Part shown: one piece after another, positions 56,401 through 64,000 of the stretch
Layout: every line of letters begins with the position of its first letter
Numbering within the stretch: the first letter of the stretch is position 1
Assembly: GCF_003704095.1 (NCBI RefSeq)
Contig: NW_020843442.1
Location: 310,001-374,000 of the forward strand
From: Pocillopora damicornis
Taxonomy: Eukaryota
Direction: 5' to 3'
Length of the DNA stretch: 64,000 bases
The notes under the pieces: generated by a model
What the model was told of the DNA's origin: nothing
The model's input: only the letters and a program-made list of their open reading frames with translations
The model's database searches: none
Made by a program: the position numbers and the translations under genes

Positions 56401-59400
56401 TTCTTGTAGCTCGTTACACCTGGCTCCAAACCAAGGTGCCATTTGCCATGGAGCTCACAGATCGACGGTCCTTCTCCCAACAACACCTACGGGTTCAAGG
56501 TTTCTCAGATCAACCTCAAGGACACCAAGGCCCTCCACGAGGTAAAAGCCACCATAAAGTTAGGCTGTGGTTTTGGTTTGATACTGTCTTTGTCTGGAGT
56601 TCCAAAGGAGTGAAATCTTATCGAGGATATCTAAGAGCTTTCTCACTGTTAGAGTAGGTTAAATTTTACTTGCATCTCCTTTGAAATCTGCGTTAACCCT
56701 TTAGTGACTGATTTCTGATTTCTCCGTACAGTATCACTGTTGAATCAAATATATATGTCATGAGAGTAAAGGAAATGATCACCTATTTCAAGACGCTCCT
56801 GATTGTCAAATTCTCCTCGTCAGTTCTATTGGAAACGTGAAGAGAAAAGTGTGGAGAATTTAGATGTTAATGTTTGGTTGTAAAGGATTAACCTTCTCCA
56901 TCCTAAAACAACCTTCTTGGTTTTGTTTTATCCAAGATACGCATAGTCTGAATATTTTATCACTCACAATAATCTAAAAGCCTAGAAAGGTTATTGTTGC
57001 GATTCACTTATGTACGTGTGTAGAATTTTGTCATTCTGCACCCTTTTGATCGAGAACGTTTAGATATTTACGGGCTTTCTCGTATTGCTTTAAATTTCAT
57101 TATGTGTGATGACATTACAAGGACACTGAAAGAATAATTGTTTGTTTTGTAGGTACAGCATTTGACACTGTTTAGTTTAGAGCTTCATGTAAGAACAAGG
57201 CGTGACATGAGACCAGATCCTGAATTTGACCCAATTTGCGCGATTTTCTACTACATCCAAACTGACACTCCTCTTCCTTCTGGAAAAAACAGAGTTACTG
57301 GAATCATCTGCGTGGACCCAGAATCTGCCAAGATTTGTAGCTACACAACAGGTGAGTGTACTATTCCGTAAAAGGTGAACCCTACCTATATACAACGAAT
57401 GCAACAAAGTTGTAACGTGGGTGCCATTTGCAACAAAGATCACTGAAACTTGAAAACATCCTTAAATTACGAATATTCCAAATCTATAGCTTTAAAAGTT
57501 TTAGATACTGGCAATTTACTCAAGTCACAATAACATTAACTAGCATCACCTGAGAATTTCCGAGAACTTTCCAAGAATTTTCCGAGAATTTCCGAGGATT
57601 TCAAACGCGGTGTTGATTTTATTAGCTAATGGTAAATTAATCTGAAGTGTTTTCCCTCCTAGAAAACAAAGAAGCAAGTATTCCGATCACCAACAACACA
57701 ACACCAGTTTCGCCGTCAAACCAGACGATAGTATCGACCTCATCAAGAGCTACACAGAACACCAAGGCGCCTCATCTGAGATCTTTATTATCTCGGTCAG
57801 GAATCACAGATCATGATATCCAATATGTGGCCGAGGAGAAGGATCTCTTCCCTGCTTTGATCAGAATCATCCGCAGATGGGACCCTGACATTTTGATCGG
57901 TTTTGAGATACAAATGTTCTCTTGGGGATTTCTTTTGGAGAGGGCGCTGGTCTTCGAGATCGACTTTTGTAGTTGGTTATCACGCGTGAAAGGTTCGTCT
58001 TCTGACTGTAATATGGACGCTGAGAAAGACGTCTGGGGTGCTGCGCATACCTCTGAGTTTAAGATCGCTGGACGCATCATTTTAAACGTCTGGAGGCTCA
58101 TGAGACACGAGGTAATGCGGGGAAGTAATAAAAACAAATAAAGCCAACTTAACACTGCTGAAACAATTTTAGCTGCATATATATACACATATTTTCACTC
58201 TTTCCGCTCATTCTCCGCGTCGGCACCTCAGGAAATGTATAGCGAACAGCATGAAGAACATGAGTAATAATTTTAGGGTTTAAATGGTTAACTAAACCAT
58301 TTATTTCTTAGGCAGCCCTGAATAGCTACTCATTTGAGAACGTAGCATTTCACGTTCTTCACGAACGAATACCGCTGTACTCGTTTCGCACGCTGTCGGA
58401 CTGGTGGGATCAGCGAACGTCATTAAACCGCTGGAGGACCGTCGATCATTACGTTACGCGTTGCCGTTGTAACGTTAGGATTCTGGAATCCTTGGATTTC
58501 ATCGGTCGAACCAGTGAATTGGCAAGGCTTTTTGGGATCTTGTTCTTCTCCGTCATATCTCGTGGATCGCAGGTATTTTGCAACAAATGAGGTTCTATGC
58601 ATGTGAATACCTGTCAAAACAAGTAAGTAAGTTCATAAGCGTGGCAAGACGTGTTGGCCTGATGGTCAGTGCGCTGAACTCTGGTTCGAAATGCTGGGAG
58701 GTAACCTAGCAATGGAATGGTGTCCCATCCAGGGGGGAGAAGTAAAACGCTTAGTAGCTTCATGCTATGGAAACCGGGATAAGCTCTGGCAGGATGGGTC
58801 ACTCGGCTCTAGTGCAGTACAGACTTAACCTACACAAACAAACAAACAAACAGCCACCGGATAAAAAGAAAAAAAAAGGGGCTAAATCTCGAGGTTAGAA
58901 TATACAAAGTTGCTATGCACTAGTTTAAGCCCAGAGCTTTAAACGTGAATTAGATTTCATCTTCGATAGTAGAACAAATGCAGTAACTCATACTAGTAAT
59001 TATCTAAAAAGATCTAAAAGTATGCCACGCACAAGAAACCTCATAAAAAATTGGATTCGAAAAATGATGACTCCGCGATGTGATGGCTTAAGTGTCCGAA
59101 ACAATCCATTTCTTTTTCTTTTTCTCTCACTTCAGTATCGTGTGGAGTCTATGATGCTAAGGATAGCAAAACCAATGAACTATATTGCAGTTTCTCCCAG
59201 CATCGAACAACGTGGACTGTAAGTTGTGCTAGTATGTTTAGGGCCGGTTTTATTACAAAGCTCCTTCAAGTTCCCAAAGTAATCCTTGATTGCTCTGTTT
59301 GTCTGTCATTGGTTCAGAAAATTCGCGCCACTTTCTCTACCAATCAGATTGAAAACTAAAGACAATCGTGACTTGGTCACCCGCGTTTTCCCGCGCTTTC

Positions 59401-62400
59401 GGCGGTTGGCTTGTTTTTAGTTCTCGTGGGTTCTTAGGTGTATTTCCTTTCTTGTTTGGTTTTACAACACTCAATCGAAAAGCGCTCTGTGAATAAGATT
59501 TTAACTATAAGTTATCCGGTAAGTTTGATACAATCTCTTTTTTTTAGTATGCGAGCCCCAGAAACAATTCCTTTGGTAATGGAACCGGAATCCCGATTCT
59601 ACAGTGATCCAGTCCTGGTCCTCGATTTCCAGTCTCTGTATCCCTCAATGGTCATTGCATATAACTATTGTTTCTCCACCTGTCTTGGGCGAGTCAGTTG
59701 TCTGTCGGAGTAAGTAAAAAGTTAGGGAAAACAAGTATACAAAGCGTTTCAAGAAATAGAAAACCACCGAAAATCGGTATCTCCTTCGACAACCCGTTGA
59801 AAAGTACTATGGTGACAAAAGTAATTAAGTACCGTCTGATTATGCTTTGCATAACCATGAGATCTTCGCTGTAGTTTTGTTCAGTGTAATCTTTGTTTTC
59901 TACTGAATAAAGGGGGTAATGATTGAAAAATGACGCGCCTCTGATGGACTGAAAACGGGTGAAATGTTCATGTAACACGAGTGCAAATTACAAATAGCGC
60001 GCGTGCGGTCAAAATTTCGTCTGTCTTGACTTTCTGTGATGCTTTTTCATGTAAATAATTAATAAGTAATAACATCATTTCTCGTGCAATTTGGTGTAAC
60101 TAAACCCTTGTAAATTTTTCAAGATTACAAATTGCACTCGCCCTACGGCCTAGTGCAATTTTGTTGTCTTTGAAAAATTTACTCGTGCTTCTTTACACCA
60201 AATTGCTCTCGAAATCATATTCAGCCTCTACTAAATTTCTTAAGTAACTGTTATGCTGGGTCAGTGAGGGTGTTACAAAATAATTTGGTTCTATCAACTG
60301 AGTTAACAATGTAAATTGCTCACCGTAAAGACAGTCTAGACTTTCTAAGTCTTTACGATGGCCAATTTACTTTGTTTTTCGAGGTTCCTTTGCCTTAGGG
60401 TAGACTCTGTTGTCGTCGACCACATTTCTAACCAGTACTAGCATTGTGAAATTTGTACTAGAAGGTGCTTCGTTTTTGTTTTTATTCGGTAGGTACGGTG
60501 AATTCAAGTTTGGTGCCACCTCTTTATGTGTTCCTCCAAGTCTTCTGAGAGTAAATATACCTTGTCTTTTGTGTTGAACTTCGTTGTCCACGATTTGTTC
60601 CCGTTTGTTCTTTTGCAGCGTTTGGAATACTTATTTGTGCCCTTTTTTAGCCCTGGAAAATTTACTGACGTTCTTTTCAAACTTGTCTTCAATTGTTTTC
60701 CCTTTTTTAAGAAACTTGAGGGTGACATACATGTCTCTCCAAATGGTGTCGCTTTTGTCAAATCTAACATAAGACGGGGCGTTCTTCCCAGGTAAATAGC
60801 TCGCTTGAAGTCATTTGCGAACATTTCCTTAGATACTCGAAGGCAGGTAATAAGAAGTCTCAACGTACGACCTCTCTCTTCCTTTAGTATGTTGGAAGAG
60901 ATCCTTGAGACACGAATCATGGTGAAGGCGTCAATGAAGAAATGGAAATCAGACAAGGTGAGGGGTTTTCTTTGAGTGCATTTGGCGTTGGAGATGTTAA
61001 TGTGTTACGCGGTTGTCTCGTTGTCTCAAAATGCCTTGAACAGACCACAGGCAAATCAGTGTCGATTAAAAAGAGAATTTATTTTTATAGCTTGAATTTC
61101 ACGAATAACTGGATGTTTTTACCGTCTCTTACGGCGCCACGCCTCAACTTTAGTGTAATGTATGAGAGTAGCGTCGAGCGAGTGAAATCAAGTGATCTTG
61201 ATGTTCTGTTGATTCTTTGAGAGAATTTAATGAATTTAATAAATGTTCTTCTTTTGTTCTCAGGCTCTCGGGCGAATGTTAGATGCTCGTCAACTGGGCT
61301 TGAAGCTGATAGCAAATGTGACGTTTGGGTACACATCTGCTCATTTCTCCGGCAGGATGCCGTGTGTAGAGGTGAGACGAAGGAAGGAAAAAAAAAACAA
61401 AAAAAGAAATTATGATTACTTTAACAGAAAGAACTAACGCTGACTAAACAACTATGCGTTGCAAAATTTAAGATTTTCTCGAGTCATTGGATGGCATGTT
61501 ACGCTACTGAGAATCCTTTGCAACACTATCATTTTGAAACTAGTTGGGCTTGAAACTAAAAGTGTGACGGACGAATTACTGCTTTGAAGGGTCTCTCATG
61601 AGTGAGTCCTTGGGTAGAAATGAAGATGCGTTTGTTATGCAGGGGTTTCATTAAAGCCGGCTATTGGCGGTCTAACACCGCTTAAAAGACCTCTTTAGTT
61701 TCGCTTTACGGTCCCTTACCGGGCACAACCGCATTTTTTACGTAGGGGTTTCGTTAAAGGCGATTTTATTAAAGCCGGCTACTGGCGGTCTATAACATCT
61801 CATAAGACCTCCTACCACTGTTTATTCCACTTAAAAGCAGGCTCTCGTGTTTGGGTTTCGCCTTTCCGAGTAAAACCGCCTAGTACATCATCGACAGCCG
61901 CGTATGGAAAAGTTATTGAAATCACTTGTTATGATAGCCGAAATGATCATGCTCTGTAAAATGTTTACACTTTCAAGAAAGAGAGTACAAAAGGGGAAAA
62001 GGAAAGGGGAAATGACGTAGAGAAAATTGAGTGACGATTGAGGGACTGAGTGATCGAGAGAAGAAAAAAAGGAAAGAGGACAAGCGCACCATGACAAAGA
62101 TCAAAAGAATAGGAACGGAGCCGACTAAACTGAACGTGAGAGCGAGCGAGAATGTAAGGGGAGGTTCGAGTGAGCGTGGGAGCGAGCGTGAGAGCGAGCG
62201 TGGGTGGGAAATACTCACGAAAGACTAAAAAGTTTCCATAGGTAGATCTATTTCAAGTCAGTGGTTTTGGTGACCTCATCGACGTAAATTTCCACATAAT
62301 CCTTGATTTGAACGCTACCTTTATTAAAACTGCTTTCTTCTCCTTTTAGATTGGTGACAGCATTGTCCGTAAAGCGCGCGAGACGCTCGAGCGCGCAATT

Positions 62401-62459
62401 GACCTAGTGAACAACACTCCTCGCTGGAGCGCGCGTGTCGTGTATGGAGATACTGACAG
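44454..62459 (+). CDS. REV3L: DNA polymerase zeta catalytic subunit (partial, 3' end beyond window; ~2543 codons in 26 exons)
   Basis: Exons: 44454-44791, 46805-46879, 47149-47230, 47329-47413, 47537-47648, 48316-48413, 48489-48593, 48728-48812, 49410-49606, 49734-49823, 50418-50531, 50941-51094, 51293-54517, 54742-54781, 55208-56326, 56410-56541, 57153-57351, 57663-58111, 58312-58572, 59136-59218, 59548-59709, 60493-60550, 60712-60791, 60888-60957, 61264-61371, 62350-62459. All are phase-consistent. Motifs: MFSMRIV...VPVIRIYG.TP.GQKTCLHVHGIFPY, NPGLAAIWEDE, RGSQYRVESMMLR, VLDFQSLYPS, QLGLKLIANVTFGYT and YGDTD. Confidence 0.97.
44862..45062. mobile_element. piggyBac-type MITE (family B, diverged ends)
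   Basis: Internal sequence is homologous to 18168-18378. Confidence 0.65.
45248..45550 (+). repeat. Two ~111-bp direct repeats separated by ~81 bp (TRIM-like)
   Basis: 45248-45358 (TGAC...GTCA) and 45440-45550, high identity. Confidence 0.75.
45880..46641. mobile_element. Family B MITE split by a ~550-bp insertion with a (TACA)n tail
   Basis: MITE halves at 45880-45969 and 46526-46641. The insert is flanked by AAATAA on both sides, with a minus-strand AATAAA (46013-46008) followed by (ATGT)n. Confidence 0.7.
49000..49204. mobile_element. piggyBac-type MITE (family B)
   Basis: Homologous to 9720-9930. Confidence 0.7.
50043..50253. mobile_element. piggyBac-type MITE (family A, complete)
   Basis: TTAA|CCCTTTAACTCCCA...TGGGAGTTAAAGGG|TTAA, perfect TIRs with a TTAA TSD. 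Confidence 0.85.
56693..56891. mobile_element. piggyBac-type MITE (family B, diverged)
   Basis: TTAACCCTTT...AAAGGATTAA ends. Confidence 0.65.
58637..58832 (+). mobile_element. tRNA-derived SINE with an internal deletion
   Basis: A box TGGCCTGATGG and B-box-like GGTTCGAAA, then tcccatccaggggg...gcttcatgcta.ggaaaccgg.ataagctc...gacttaacc and a (CAAA)n tail. Confidence 0.7.
60072..60220. repeat. Imperfect ~150-bp palindromic (hairpin) repeat, part of a larger non-autonomous element starting ~59930
   Basis: Arms atttctcgtgcaatttggtgtaa...gtaaatttttcaa...aaattgcact and agtgcaattt...ttgaaaaatttac...ttacaccaaattgctctcgaaat surround a cgccctacgg loop. Confidence 0.75.
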
Positions 62460-63449
62460 GTGATAAAGCTGACTGGAACTGAGATAAACACATCTCATTT
62501 TATTTTTTCCCTGAAGCTAAGTTTCTCTTTTAAAACTGTGGCAACATCCGCCGGAATTTTTTCGTCAACACTTTCTTGAAAACATTTTTGTCCCTCCTCG
62601 TTTCTTAACATCCTCTAGAATTTTGAGATAAAAACTTGAAATGTTTCCAAGTTTGATTCAATCTTTTAATCCAATTTCATATTGTATACACGCTAGTAGT
62701 TCAATCCTTGTGATGTCCTGACATTTGCTCGGGCTGCTCTGCATCAAAGCCAACGCAGCACTGTAGGATTTCCCTTGAATTAGCGCACGTTTTTCAAAAT
62801 TACGAAATCGAATTAAAAATACGTATCATCGTGCAGTGGCCACCTATGCAGATTTTTTGCTTCCTAGTGAGCGTGGGAAGTAAACAAAACAAAGACAATT
62901 TTCTACTAAAACGATCGGAAAAAAAATTCAATTTCAAAACAGAGAGGGCTAAGGTGGGTCTGAAAAAAAAATCGCTGATGTGGATCAAACTGTTTGATTT
63001 TTTAGTAGAAGCTATTAGCACGAATTGTTTCGGGCTGAAGACGGTGAACTTCGATAGCGTGATCACCGCACTTATCTTCGGATCGATGCGCGATGGCTGG
63101 ATATGAATTGAGTGATTTAATCGTGGATTTACCGCATTAATCGCATTTCTTTAAAAGTATTGATCGAGTGCGTGAGTTATGGATTATTCTAAGAAAGATA
63201 ATGTATTTGCTTTCTTAAGATTCCGCACGCAAGATACTCTTCTTGAAATATTAAAGTCCTTTTCCTCTGTCACGTTTTGTAAATATTACTTCCAGCTTTC
63301 ATAGGAAATGGTTTTCAAGAGAAGAACTTCCTGAATGGTTATTCAATGCAGGAGAATTTTAGAATCATCATCGAGACTCTTGAAATATTTTCTTGATATT
63401 CTTCTAATGAACTCTTATTTTGAAAAAAATGTTTTTTGGGAATTCACGC

Positions 63450-64000
63450 GTATCCATTGCGTCAGTTCAAGAAATAAGCTGGCTGACCGATGTCTCCTTG
63501 CGTCGTTTGACGTTTTCAAATTGACTTTTTGAACGGAACGAGAGAGTAACAGATAAGGTTTAATGAGAAGAACGCTGTCTTTACATGTCCATTATGTCTT
63601 TGCTGGGAAGAGAAAAAAAGAAAAAAACGTGGGGAAACACGAAACGAAAAATCACTTCATTTTGCGTAGTGTTTCGAACGTGGAGCAATTTTTCAAGAAT
63701 TTCCCTTTTGAATTTGCGCTGTTTTTGCCTTTTGTGTTGATGAAGTTTTGAATGTCGATAAAAAGCTGTATGGATTTTTAGACTGTTGTCCATTGCGTCC
63801 GTACAAGAAATGTGCCGGTTGCCCGATGTTTACCTACGTCGTTATTGACTTTTTAAACGGAACGAGAAAGAAACAAATAGAGTTTAATGAGAAGAACGAC
63901 GGCTTTCCACATCCGTAATGTTTTTGCCGGGGGAAAAAAAATAAACGTGGGGAAACTCGAAACGTAAAATCGCTTTATTTTGCATAGTGTTACGAACGTG
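63450..64000 (+). repeat. ~330-bp-period tandem repeat in a REV3L intron (runs off window)
   Basis: tccattgcgtc.gt.caagaaat at 63453 and 63789; attgactttt..aacggaacgaga...aacgtggggaaac at ~63519 and ~63845. Confidence 0.8.

Noticed and set aside
61970-62230. Arg/Glu/Ser-rich ORFs
   Set aside because: Low-complexity purine-rich and GAGCGA simple repeat in a REV3L intron.

Overview
AT-rich, intron-rich animal genomic DNA. The repeat families resemble those of stony corals, possibly Pocilloporidae (inferred, not shown). I reconstructed four multi-exon genes by reading GT-AG splice sites and checking reading phase. (1) A SOBP-like gene on the minus strand (ATG 7154). It has a large Cys-rich terminal exon plus a phase-compatible alternative splice path that runs off the left edge. 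(2) NPAT, minus strand, 14 exons (30031-10158, ~1191 aa). (3) FoxO, minus strand, 2 exons (35482-33650, ~557 aa). (4) REV3L/DNA polymerase zeta, plus strand, 26 exons seen from 44454, running off the right edge. Introns carry TTAA-flanked piggyBac-type MITEs, a Harbinger relic, RTE and L2/CR1-type LINE 3' ends, tRNA-derived elements, two decayed minimal hammerhead-ribozyme repeats and local duplications. Main findings: the SOBP N-terminus appears joined to an alternative terminal exon with tandem non-FCS C4 zinc modules; uORFs sit tight against the start codons of FoxO, NPAT and REV3L; SOBP-FoxO-REV3L linkage mirrors human 6q21; and REV3L keeps its Taspase1 site, both REV7-binding motifs and a giant exon. 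No prokaryotic-type system or CRISPR array is present. All comparisons to human proteins are from memory and need alignment to confirm.
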